Positions 14,198 through 26,700 of a stretch of 64,000 nucleotides of DNA are shown here, one piece after another; the first letter of the stretch is position 1, and each line of letters starts with the position of its first letter. The position numbers and the translations under genes are program-made. Below the pieces are notes generated by a model, which saw only the letters and a list, made by a program, of their open reading frames with translations, did not search any database and was not told where the DNA came from. This stretch comes from Takakia lepidozioides (Eukaryota > Plantae > Bryophyta). Location: positions 30,814,001-30,878,000 of the forward strand of contig CM060733.1 in assembly GCA_030704615.1 (NCBI GenBank). The letters run 5' to 3'.

Positions 14198-14764
14198 GCG
14201 TGCAACGCGTTTTCTTCTCACGACAGTTAACACGGACTGGTGCCAGAAAGCAAGTGATGGACCTATTCGAGCAAACGATTTTACCTATAACCTTTGACTT
14301 TATCCAACTTTTCTAAATGAAAATTCGTAGTGAAAATCCCTACCTGTTGGCAGTGAAGTTAGCAGCATTCACCTTTGGATGCGGAGGAGGGGAGGTGAAT
14401 TGGAGGCACAAGCGTAGCTATAGGAAGAGCAGGTCTAAAACGCAGCCCTGCTTTGATGCTCCTCAGCGTAAACGTGGTAGTGTGTAATCTGCAGCTTAGC
14501 CTTCCTGGGTGGTGTAGCAGCTTAGCCAGCTATGTCTTGCCTGCTACACAGACTGTTATGTGCTGCTCTTTTGTTCTTCTCTCGCCTTCGCCCTGCCTTG
14601 TTTTATGGCCTGTATAGGGCTAGTCGTTCTCTCTCTTGGTCACTTTAGAATAGCTTCTTGCTGGTCCTGCTGCTGCATCCAGCTCAAGCTGGTTCTGAAT
14701 CTGCTTCTAGTTCTCTTCTCTGTCTCCTCGCTTGTTCTCTGGCTCGGAGTGGAACCTTGTTACT

Positions 14765-14915
14765 AAGCCTTCATGGCCTTATGTAAGGTTATTTTTTCCT
14801 TACCTATTAATAAAGTCTTACAGGGCTACAATCCCCCTGTTCTCTAAAATTAAAAAAAAACACAAATCGTTTTATCAGCCTTCATGGCCCTTCGCAAGGT
14901 TGTTTTTTCCTTACT
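14765..14915 (+). repeat. Possible L1-type 3' tail (AATAAA followed by an A-run) with a ~35-bp imperfect direct repeat
   Basis: AGCCTTCATGGCC...AAGGTT.TTTTTTCCTTAC occurs at ~14766 and ~14877; AATAAA at ~14809; A9 run at 14852-14860. Confidence 0.35.
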
Positions 14916-16796
14916 TCCTCTATGTAATCGGACATTTTCGTCCAGTATCTATAAAGCTTTAATATTTGCATGAAATCCTTATCCCTCTAGACTTCGGGAT
15001 GGGAAAGTCCAAACCAACTCAGTGTTCAAATGTTGAACTGACTGGATTTTCTGCAACATGGTGGTGGAGAAAAATAAATAAAACTAAAAACCAGCTCCAG
15101 CAAGCAGAACTTCCTCGAGTGGGTCGGGAGCATGCCAACATAAAGCACAGCCAGTTCAAGTCCATGCCCAATTAACATCCAACAAGCTTCAGACACAAAG
15201 GGCCATCCAGAAGAGAGAAGCAAAGGGATCCTTGAGCCGGCCATTCCGGAGAGAAAGGATCCTTAATGACCCGGGATGCACAGTCATTAAACACCTCTCC
15301 CTCCATTCTGTCTCACACAAATGCTCCCAATGGCAGGTCTGTGGAACCTATAGTATGATGTGGACGTCAACAACTAAATTCACTCCCCTGACAGTTGTCG
15401 TCAGGGAGCATCATAGCATCAGTGGAGTACTCGAGTTATTATCCTCGGCCTGTGTTGTCCATTGAAATTCATATGTATAGGATAGTGTCTTTCTCTCTCT
15501 GTTGTTGTCTTCGGATGGTGGATTTTCATTTCTAAGGCGCGTAAGAACAGTCATCATTCGGTTGGCTAACATCTGCAAATCTCAAGCAGGCTTGCAAACA
15601 GAGAAAAAACCAAAGCTAGAGGAGTTTCTTGACCTAGCAACATGTCCCATGGAAACTGTGTATGACTCAAATATCCATCCCTCCACCTTCAAAGGCTTTC
15701 AGTTCCCTGTATTTTTGTCTGCTAATCGCTTTGCTTTCATGAGCCTACTCTTGTAGAAAGTCTGTTGCTAGCAAAAGAAAAATTTCCGTGTGACAGGAAT
15801 ATCCCTTCCAGTGGTGTGGTTCAGGGTCTTTGGCAGAAAAAGAAAGATAGACACAGAGGTACTCATTTAAATGTCTGTAAACTAGTTGCCCTAGACCCCA
15901 TCATCAATGAGAGAGGATGAGAGAGGCTTTGGCCTATCATGTAATAGTTCCATGCAAAAAACTAGCAAGCAAATCGCCCACGAAAATGGTGAACTTAACA
16001 TACCCCACATTTGGTATGGCCCATGATGGAGATGCCAAGCAGGCTGTTCTGATTGACAAGAGATTGGAACCCTTGTAGGACAACCCGACACCACTCCCAG
16101 TGTGTTATCCAATTCAAATGTATAAGTTTAAAGAACTTATCACAAGTAGTCTCTGAAATTCTTCAAAACTATAACAATCACATGTTGCACCTCACTATTC
16201 AAACTCAGGCAGGCTGCAAACAACCCTACTTTAGTGACAGTTGAATTATGTGAAGTGTCTGCAAGTGGGCAGTTAGATGGATGTAAATGACAATTGTCAC
16301 TGATACAAACTCCTACATCAACCTCCATGTTCCTGGGGGACCAAGAGTAAAACTCACACTAAATCAGACAATTTTTTTGCACACAAACAAGGTGTATATC
16401 CCTTCCCCAACTACGCATTGCACAGGTAAATCTTGCTGCCCAAAATCATGTGGAAAGTTCTCACAAGATAGCCTTTAACTCTCTTAACTCTGCGACTCTT
16501 AGCCAGAGATACAATGTACGTGCTGCTGTGTTTTGACAAGAGAGAGAGAGAGAGAGAGAATACAGTCTCACAGCATTTTCTACAGGAAAATGGTTACTAT
16601 ACTATACCGACATCAATTTTTATGAAAAGAGAAAAGACACAACAGATATAATATCTAAATCCAAAACCCTTGTAACCTGCCAAATGAAGTGACCTTATGT
16701 ACTACATAAGATTAGGTCTTGGTGCACAGTTTCAGAGTACACCATAACAGTAGGCACTAATTTAAACATCAACCAGGCCTGACCAGGAATTTCAGG

Positions 16797-18257
16797 TTAG
16801 GCTGGTGATGCAATCATACCAGTACTCCGAGCATAGGCAAAAATACCACCTGCATTGATTACTGGGCCAGCCTCTCCAATTGCCTTCAGAGTATACTGCT
16901 TGCCCGTGGTGTGGTTCACCATCACATCATGCTCAAGATCCACAGTCACATAATCACCAGTTCGATTCTCTTCACATAGTCTGCCCTCGGATTCAACTGG
17001 GTATAGCTCTCCAGTTGCAACTGAATTCCGAAAGAAGATTCTGGCATATGATTCTGCCACCACTGCCCGCACACCAGCTGCCCCCAGTGCCACTGGTGCA
17101 TGCTCTCTGCAGGCAAAGTACTTATACACACTGAGCATTTTCTCATAGAGCTTTTTCTTCAGATCATGATAGAGACAGAGAATCAATGTTGTATTTATCA
17201 TAAACAGCTGGCACACTCTAAGAGTCCCATCAAATAAGTGTATCCCTAGTGGAGAGATGGCAGGTGGTATATTGTACTCGCACATCTGTATTATTGGAAA
17301 GACAAGCACTACCAAGACTCGAAGTTTCGTGGGGGAATCAGCTATTCGGGTGGACACCAACAACCAATACATTGCTAGGGCACCGTTGTATCGGTTGATA
17401 TTTATTGACGCTGGTGTGATACTTGCAATGACTACTCCCTCAATTTGGCATGGGGCATACGCCCCATGCTTGACTATCTTGCGAAGCACCCAATGTATGC
17501 CCTCGGAACACTAGTGAGCTCACTCACCCTCTCCATGCAATTCCAAGGCCAAGGAAAGGCAGCCGACACTGAACCAGAATGAAACCACTTGAGCAAGGAT
17601 GGTAGATGATTGCCAGAGAGCGTCGACTGTATAGAGTGTTTGGAAAAATAAAATTTTCAGAAGAAAGGAGAGTGACAAATGTTACCTGGAGGACCCACAC
17701 CCAAAATTGGCACCTCCAATGACCACCTTATACTCTGTCTTCATCTTCCCTTCTTCAATAAAACGGCCCCACCGAGCGGGCAGGCCTATCATGGCATAGC
17801 TCCCAAGCTTTTCATATTCTTCAGGCTTAGAAGGAACAAGCGTCAAGTACTCAGCAGGGATGATTTGATCTGTGTCAATGTTGTCCCCCACAACGAAGCA
17901 TCGCCCATGAATTGCCTTGCTACCGACCTCCACATTCTCCTCTGGTGTTGCCTCGCTAACTTGTGCGCGAGGCTTTCCATCAAATCTGGCAGGCTTCCCC
18001 TTGAAAACAGCTGCGTCTCCCGCCTTGCCCCCCTCAAATTGCAAACTGTTGCTCCACATACAGCTGCCAATGGAAGCCGTATCGTTAGCTTTCTTGGTCG
18101 TAGAACGGACGGCCATGCAACGACCTGAGACGAAGGCCGAGCTTGACGCAGAGGGAGCTACTGCTGGGTAGGTCGAGAAAGATGATGCGTGTCCTGCAAT
18201 GGGACTGCAAGAGGACGCCATTCGCATCACCGGTGCGGCAGCCATGGCTGTGGGCAC
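16797..18257 (-). CDS. leuD: 3-isopropylmalate dehydratase (isomerase) small subunit, plastid-targeted; exons 18257-17686 and 17106-16797
   Basis: Ser/Ala-rich transit peptide; DNIDTDQIIPAEYL; GGANFGCGSSR|EHAPVAL (a GT-AG intron splits the Arg codon); AESYARIFFRN; NAGGIFAYAR. Confidence 0.95.
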
Positions 18258-19035
18258 CGAGCAAATCCTCGCAGGAGATGAAAGGAGGAACCAAGAGCTC
18301 GATACAAGTGGGCGGTATGAGAGTCTGATAGAAGTTTAGACCTTAGACCGCATACGAGCACTTAATTAAGCGCTTGAGCTTCATGGCAAAATCCAATCTT
18401 AGGCAAGACCATCAGTCCAGTTCAACCCTTTCGCCCGCGAATTTTCGGTAGCCACGTCCTAACGACGCTGGCTCCTTGGTCCCCCACTAGATCTATGGAT
18501 CTTTGTGCTTACGTGGGTTAAGCTTTGAACGATTAATTTCATAAGTTTTTTCGCGTGAGCATGCTTTTCAGATAGTTTTATATTTCCGCGTGAGCACATT
18601 TTGGTTTTGCTATGGCATATTCTTTGGATTCTTGGGAAATATACGGAATACGTCTCTGTGCTTGCGTGCTCACACACTACCCAACCTCCAATTAGGGTTT
18701 CACGCATTTCTGAAGAGTTCGGTCAATCATACATGGGAGGATTTCTTTTCTGAACATCCTCCGTGACGGAAATACCACCCGAGCTCCTTCCATGTTGTCA
18801 AACCCGACGAAAAGATGATGTCCAGGTCGGGTTTTGAAGCTCGGTCGGCCCTTGTATGTGCAACCCCGACCCCAAACCCTATATCGGGCGCAACACTGGT
18901 GTTTAGGGTCATGCCAGGTATCAACTAGGGTATTAATGAACCGACCCGGTTAGCATCTACTTTTGTAATAGTAATACTAGGATCAAGAACCGGACCCATT
19001 TTTATTTTCTTTGGAAAACCAGGTATACTTACTTA

Positions 19036-19368
19036 GAGCATCTCCACCGGGGGTCCCTAAATGCCCTGGCAACGGGGCAAAGGAGCCCCCGGCCCTGGTA
19101 TCCACACCCCGGGGCCGTACTTTCGTGCAGGATATAGCTCTAGACCCCTCTAGACCCGGCCGTTGGAGCAACTAAAAACATGACTGCCTGCATTTATGGC
19201 GTTAGGGATAGGCGGCGTCTGTCTAGGTGGTCCCTCCGGAGCAAGGCACGTCAGCCAAAAAGACGTGCAGGATAGTTTGATGGGGTTGCCGCTGGAAGAG
19301 GGGAGTGTTGGAGGCCGCTGGAGATTACCGCTGCAATGTTGTTTGGTGTACCCCCAGTGGAGATGCTC
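19036..19368. mobile_element. PIF/Harbinger (Tourist-like) MITE, copy 1
   Basis: TIRs GAGCATCTCCAC(C/T)GGGGGT at both ends; TTA target-site duplication at 19033-19035 and 19369-19371; 333 bp; no coding capacity. Confidence 0.9.
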
Positions 19369-19633
19369 TTATACTTATAATTTGACCCCATACTCAACCT
19401 ACCACTTTAAATTAAATTATTTATACCCGGATTGGTAACCACATGATATTACAATTGAATACCCCTTGGTTGATAACCGTCGGCAAATCCAAAATCCCGC
19501 GTCTATTGAAAACCGGCGAATATTAAAATTCTTTCTAATACTATGGAACCGGCTGGTATTGAAAAATAAAAATATTTTAGTAAAAGTAAATACCCGCCCA
19601 ACATTGGACCCCACCGTGCAAAGTAGCAAGTTA

Positions 19634-19958
19634 TAGCATCTCCACTGGGGGTACACCAAACAACACTTCATCGGTAACCTCCTGCGGCCTCCAACACTCC
19701 CCCTCCCCCGCGGCAAACCCATCAAACTACCTGCAGATGTCTTTTTGGCTGACGTGCCTGCTCCAGAGGGACCACCTGGACAGACGCCGCCTTACCCTCT
19801 CGCCATAAATGCAGGCAGTCGTGTATTAGTCGCTCCAGCAGGTACCGGCCAGGCCTAGAGGGCTTGTATCCTGCACGGAGGTACACCCCGGGGGTGCGGA
19901 TACCAGGGCCGGGGGCTCCTTTGCCGTTGCCGGGGCATTTAGGGACCCCCGGTGGAGA
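19634..19958. mobile_element. PIF/Harbinger MITE, copy 2, inverted relative to copy 1; its right TIR is overlapped by a third GAGCATCTCCA end
   Basis: Starts TTA+TAGCATCTCCACTGGGGGTACACC; the body is a diverged reverse complement of 19036-19368; it ends GGTGGAGA, running into GAGCATCTCCACGG at ~19957. Confidence 0.85.
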
Positions 19959-20707
19959 GCATCTCCACGGTGTCATGGTACCTGCCCAAAAACTACAATC
20001 GAGCGTGGCGGGGTTGCTTCACGGTTGCCCCTCAGCCCCGGTAGAATTGCTGCAGGCCCCCGCCACAAATCTGCCTGGGTCCCAACCACTCTACATTAAA
20101 TTTGTGAGGTCAAGAGATATGATGTCATCGGTCAACGCTCCAAAATCGGGCGGCGGACCTGCCTCCGGGCTATCTCTGCCCGGTCTGCTACCGTCCCAAC
20201 CGTGAAGTGCCAACCAAACCGTCCTTGTAAAAAATGCTGGTCACCTCGCTGGTCACCCCTGTAACCATAACCAGGGTATATAAAGTTTGACGGGCCCTCC
20301 TCACCATGGACTTTTACCTGCTATTGGGAGTTCATTTTTGGGATGACCTGTTGAGCAGGTCTCTTTCTTCCCGCCTTTTTCTCTTTTCTCTCCTCCTTCA
20401 TTGAACCGACCTACCTATAAGGGCAGGTTTCTCCCTTAGGCCGGCAAAGGGCCGGGGTCTTCTCTCTTCACATCATTATTGCATTTCAACACCTCACACA
20501 CTCCATTGCATGGTTTGATACATAATCCACAATCTCACACACTCATACCTCACAACAATTCCTGGCCAGCGAAGGCATACAAGTTCCTCTCTCGCTCTCG
20601 TGATCAACTAAACTGCAGTTGTCTGGGTAGAGTGAACACCAGCACTGCCGCCAGTTGTGGGTTGCAATGTATTTCCTCCCACCAAAGACAAATCTCCATT
20701 TGATGTA

Positions 20708-23700
20708 TCAATCGCTGAGAGAGAGAATCATGGCCACGCCCCTACGCACCCAGTATTCATTGGGTTTGTCTGATGGCAACTCCACATTCATAACGAAGTT
20801 GGAAGAGTGGCCAGTGGTGGCAAGCACACCACGCCGCTCAGCTGTCCGGTAAATGGGGCACAAATAATTTGGAAACTGTCTCTTCTTGGATGCCTCGGTT
20901 GGCTGTAGCCAAAGCATGGCAGCTGCTGAATGAAGCACCTTCGGAAAAGACTCAGCCAGCATCATCTTATCATCATCCCACCTCGCTCCTTCTAAAAACA
21001 TGCCGTAGACATAGCATCCGTCATCGGGTTTGGTTCCATAATCTCCTTTCTTGGGCAAGGTCAGAAACTGGAAGATAACGGTGTCGATGGGTATTCTGTA
21101 CTTTCGGGCGTAATTCTGAAGAACACCTGTCATATGAGGTAGAGAGCATCCTTTCAGTATTCTTAACCCTTACTTCGTTTTGGCATTGGAGAACAAGGAT
21201 GAGAAGAGGGGAATCAAAGATGACATACTTGTAATAATGTGCTTGCAGAAACCTTACAGCCCCTATTCGAGTTTGAGTGAGCCCAAGACGAGGGAGAAAA
21301 GATTGTACTCATAAGACGTTGTTTGCCGTAGCCTTGTGGCCATTGACCCCGCGCCCAGTTTGAGCGGGAACAAAAGGGACAGAAACTACCTCTGTCAGGG
21401 GCTGACGTTGGTAGTAAGACTTACCACCATATAAAGAATTAATCCGGGTTTTCCAGATATCCTCTAGAAATCCCTTCACACAAGCATCAATCTGCTGTGT
21501 GTGATTTGCCCAAAAACTAGGCCTCAGGAGGGCCTGGGGTTTCAGCCTCGAGACTTTCAAAGTTGGTAAACAGGGGTACAGGCACAATTCCCTTAATAGA
21601 TTTGAAGAGAGCGTCTCTTTGGTGAGAGAACCCCGGACAGTGTATCAGAAAATGAATACTGTCTTCAGATTGCCCACACAACGGGCAATTGCACTCTCCC
21701 TTTCCTCTCTGCTTCTGTTTGCTGTTCAAAGGTAGGCTTCCTGCCCTGAGTTTAAATTTCAGAGTGCCGAGAGTGGGTAGACCCTTGAATTCATCCAAGA
21801 TGTCCTTCCCCATGTCACAGACTGGAAACAAGTTCAGGGAAGTTGTCTGCCTAACTTCATTTTCATCAGACAATCTCATGGCAACAGACATGGCTGAGGA
21901 CACTACAGCCTCTAAGTCAGATTTATCCAGCAGGGTCAAGACTTGCGGATCCAGGTCCAGGTCCTTGAGGATCTCTTCTACTCTCTTCTGCCAGGTGGAA
22001 AAGAAAAGAAATGAAAAGAAATGGTAATGTATAACGTCCACGGAAAGCTGAAAGAGCTTATGCGCCTGAGAGAACATTGGAATTGTATAACCTCCCACAA
22101 TAGAAATCTTGTTCAATTGTTGAAATTTCATTAGCTAGCATCGTTGAACTCAGGTGCTGGTGACAACAATCGATCCATGCTAAATTTAGATGACATCAGA
22201 TTTTCTCATGATAGCATAGGTGGATACCGGCAGAGAAGACAATACCTGTTAGGAAAGCATGTGTGAAGTAAAACCCACTAATCCAAAAACACGGTGCGGG
22301 TCCGTCGTCAAACCACTTTTGCAGCATAGCTAATCGTTCAAGCAACTCCGCAAAGTAACTTGTTATGGGCTTCATTGTCGGGTAAGAGACAGGTGCCCAC
22401 ATGGCAGGCATTTTTGCAAGGAACATACTGGTTGCAAGCTTGTCAATGTCGGCAGACATCACCACCAGTCCCCTCAGTGTCTTCTGCAGTATGGCCAGAC
22501 TGTTTCGTACTACCTGAGAGCAGAATGAGACAGTACCAGTCAATCCAAAGCCCCACAATAATGTGCCACAGAATATGAGCATTCAATCAGTCTATGTATC
22601 TTCCTCCCTCTCTCCTCTTCCTCCTCTCCAGCAACTGGGTTGTAACAAATAATCCATTCATGAGACACTGAGTGAATTAACATACATCTTAACGGAAGTA
22701 GATAAGGGGAAACCAGTTCTTTCTACAAGCAATCAGGATGGGAGGGCTAATCTAGGGTAATTCGTGAGCTGTGCCAATGTGCAACTCTCTTCTGGTATGG
22801 ATTGAATTGACGCAAGTTATCCATATATCAATGCACCTCCTGGGATTCCCCAAGGATAAAAAATATAACTACTTTTAATGATGAAAAAACAGAACCAAAC
22901 ACTATTCCAATGTGCCCCTAAAGAAAGAAAGAAACAAGTTTACTAGTCTGCCCAAAGCATGCCCCAGGGACAGAATAGGAAAAGAACCGAAGAACTACTC
23001 GAAGAGGACAGGGACAGCTGTCATGGAAAAAGTTTGATGCATAAGTCAAACACTCCCAACCTCACAATACTCAGAACTGGTAACTCTCTGTCTGTAAAGC
23101 TTCTAACTGAGCTAAGAGAAGGAAATGGAGATACAAATCTAGCTGAACATGAGCTGAAGCTTACCTCAGTGAGCCTGTTGAATCGAATCATTTCTTGGTG
23201 AAGCACTGAGTTCATACTCTCTAAATACGTGACTGGGTACTTGTAGCGTGCCAGTTCCACATCAAAGGCAGCTGGGAGCTTAGTGGCAAACTCAATTGCA
23301 AGATCTAGAACCACTTCTTCTCTGCTCTTCCCACCAGCACTTGCTGCATTACTCTGTTGAACCAAATTAAAAAGACCTCCCCTCAGCAACAAGGAGGCAT
23401 ACACACGTGCATGCATGCACACATTATTCCAGCACTGCTCAGCACTCTAACCTTGAGCTTGCAGCAACAGAAATGGGTTGTGCACTGCCATTCACATTGT
23501 TGAGAAAAGGAAAGAGGGCACAAAGAGGTAAACCTGGGTGGCTTGGACTGCCATTAATATCTGGTTCGCTTCTTGCTGATCTTTGGTAATGTCAGCATTC
23601 TCATGCAGCCCAAACACTTCTGGCTTTGCAATGCTTGGAAGCTCTTTGATGAATTCGATGTAGTCCGTATACTTAGCATCCGGAGGTGCATAATATATAC

Positions 23701-26700
23701 CCGAGGGAGAAAATTTATAGTAGTCGTCCAGAATGTTAGGAGTATAATACACTGACAGGATGCTCATAAGTGTTTTCCGATCATGGCCATCCGTTACTCG
23801 TCCACCATAATTGCATTCCCCAGTACAGTAAAACAAAGCCTGCATACCATATTGATATAGGTACCGTTCACTTACAATCTGTCAGGTACTATTAAAAAGG
23901 TTGAAATCATTGAATTGCTCCGTCCTCTAGCATGTGGCTGTACTGTTGGATGTGATGGATGTAAGAATAGAACCCCCCTTACTAGCCATTACTTCTTGCT
24001 GATGGAAAAGGGTTCCATAAGTCCATTAGGTGAGGCGCATATCAAGACGTGACAACAAAAACAGCTGAGACCTTCGGATGAGAAAGTTTTCCAGACCATG
24101 CTAAAGCCTACTTTAATTAATCCAGAATGCTAAGGTTAGAAGATCATCCTACTTGAATCCTGAGGATAGGGGATCTTAATTCTTATCACTGCCACGAATT
24201 AATAGGATGAAAGGAAACCAATGTACATCAACTCACTTTAAATGGCACGCTATCTGGAAACTCGTTAAGAAAGGACTGGAGCTGCCGGACACTAATCTTC
24301 AAGTCGGGATCACTGAACTGATAAGGAATGTTCCATCCCAAAGGTCCATACTTGATGCGCTCCTGAACAGCTGCATGGAAAAAGACGAGACCAAAAACCA
24401 TTTTGCGCCAGACAGATCCCCTTTCTCCAGGAAAATTGAAAAACTTGGGGTCTGATAGTGGGAAGCTCTGGTAGCTCTGTCATCCACACGCAAAAAAGAT
24501 AACCAGAGATTATCAACTATAAGCTTGCAGTTGTCATATTCATCTTCAAATCAAGCTATCAAGATCGGGATTTCTACACTAATGAGATAATGGGAACATG
24601 GCGTATGGGCTCACTGTTGGGCTTTTCCACCTAGGAGCAAGAAAGAAATGGAATGATACTTGCTAACATCCACAGACAAAGGGCTTATGGGACAAGAGAA
24701 AGCATGAAATCAGAGTGAGAGAGGGGCCCTCCACAAGCAGCCCAAAAACAACAAGAAACTTACTTGATAACATCCACGGGGAAAAATAGAACAGTTTTCA
24801 GAGGAACCACCACTTCATGTCCCTCCCCATTAGAAAACCTCAGAGAATAATTAACCAGGCTAATGGTCGCACCAGCACCGGTCATCCAATCAAGACCTAG
24901 TAAAAACCGATCACCTATAGTGACAACTTCCACAACCATCAAACAACATCCGCAGATGAAGGCCCTCATGCAGTCAATCTGCCACAGATACAGGAGGCAA
25001 TGGTAGTAAACCTGAAGCATGTTGGAACGCAGGCCCTTGGGGGCCTCGTTTGTCATTTTCACACCAGCTTGTAGTATAGCAACTGGGAACTGGTCTGATG
25101 GGTAACTAGTGAGCCACAGTCTGAACATGATATTTGTTTGCTCTCCAAGATTTTCAACTATACGATCCAGCGAGCCCATCCAAGACGCTGCTAAGTGACA
25201 GTTTTGCAATACCACCCAATCTCCTGACCGTGTGGCTTTCTCAATCATTTCTGCTGCCTTGGGACCTTGGCCTTGTCCAAGAGAGATAGTATTCACCTGC
25301 TCATTTTAGCATGTGCAGTATGGTTGGGAGCTCATGGATTACTAGTTGCTTAGGCAGAACCTCTTCAACAAACTTCACTACATCCCCTGCTCCCTCTGTC
25401 CGTCTGCAGTGCTTCCTCCCTTAACAATTCCCTTTTTAACACGTCCAGGCCCTTCTACTAAAATGAATCCTGTCTCAAAATGTACAGCTAATTTGGTGTA
25501 GTTTTATAACGCGTGCCCAAAATCTGCATGAGTCAAACACTTCTTCCCCACTTCTATGCCGCACCGTCTACCTCTCCACACAGCATAAGTAGCCACATGC
25601 AAGAGCTTCCTTGAGTACGATGAAATGTGTTTTGCCAGGAGGCACGAAAGGGGGAAGGCATACATTGTGTTTGGCTTCCTCTGCAAATTTTAGAAGACTA
25701 GCCATTGGATCCGACCCGGCAGAGAGTATAAAAATCAGAGGAATCAGGTTGGTTGAATCATGGTAGGCACTATCCAAATCAAAGGGTGGAGGCTCCATGT
25801 AACGCTGGCCCATGGCCTGGAACACAAAATCGTTGACACTCTCCACCAATTTGTCTGGCCGGAAAACCCGAATGAGCAGCAGCTTTTGAAAAATGTTAAG
25901 CTTTTCATCCCAGTCACTTGGCACTGGCTGTCGATAAGGTTGTTCACTATCAAAAATATGCTTCCATCTTTGTGGATTGGCAGAGAAATCGTCACTATAC
26001 CCCTGTTTCACAATGTGCAACAATAACTTGAGATAGTGAATGGCAGAATTTACTCAAATAAATAATCTTACTATCTCTCACATCTAGCAGCATCTCATTT
26101 CACTTGCTAAGCTTGAGGTCACTTAAGATGGCTGCAAACACAGATGGGACAGAGTGAAGGTATCACAGTCCCAGGGATGTTAGATTGAGAATCAGGATGT
26201 ATTATACTAGACCCTGTCACCAGTCTCACTAAACCCAGCAATTAAGAGTGCAGAAACATACAGCAAAGGACTTCATTTTGGACATGTTCAGCATCACCAC
26301 CCAAAGCTTGTCTGTAAGCCAAGACGTTGGATTCTTTGGTGGCTCTCCTCCACTGAAAATACCCCCCGTCGCAAAAAATGTGAACTCCTCAGGTTCTAGC
26401 TTTCCAAACCGTTTCCAGAGGGTGGTGCAGATAAGAAAGGACAGAAGCATTTTATCTTTTTCGAACAGGCTCCGTGAGATGTTGCCATAGAGCAGATATG
26501 TGAAGAAATCATTCAGGGTAGCCAAACGTGTTGCTAGTTTTTCACTTTTCTCTGAGTCTCTCATGGCATTGAAGAATAGTTGCAAGTACCTGGAGGAAGG
26601 CAGTCCCAAAGTGAGAAGCCTTTCATGAGAATTCCAACTCGTCCAGATTAATCTGGGGATAACGCTTGCTTCCAGCAAACAAGATGCAGATCAAACCGGG

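Noticed and set aside
14950-16500. Coding or pseudogene remnant between PPD3 and LeuD
   Set aside because: Only short ORFs without recognisable similarity.
16797-17489. 230-aa ORF as a separate gene
   Set aside because: It is LeuD exon 2 extended through an open intron frame; the true acceptor is at 17107.
18720-19610. hAT-like MITE(s) with CCCGAC/AACCG subterminal motifs and CAACA(C/T)TG ends
   Set aside because: Both candidate ends (~18890 and ~19600) have the same orientation; no partner TIR or 8-bp TSD was found.
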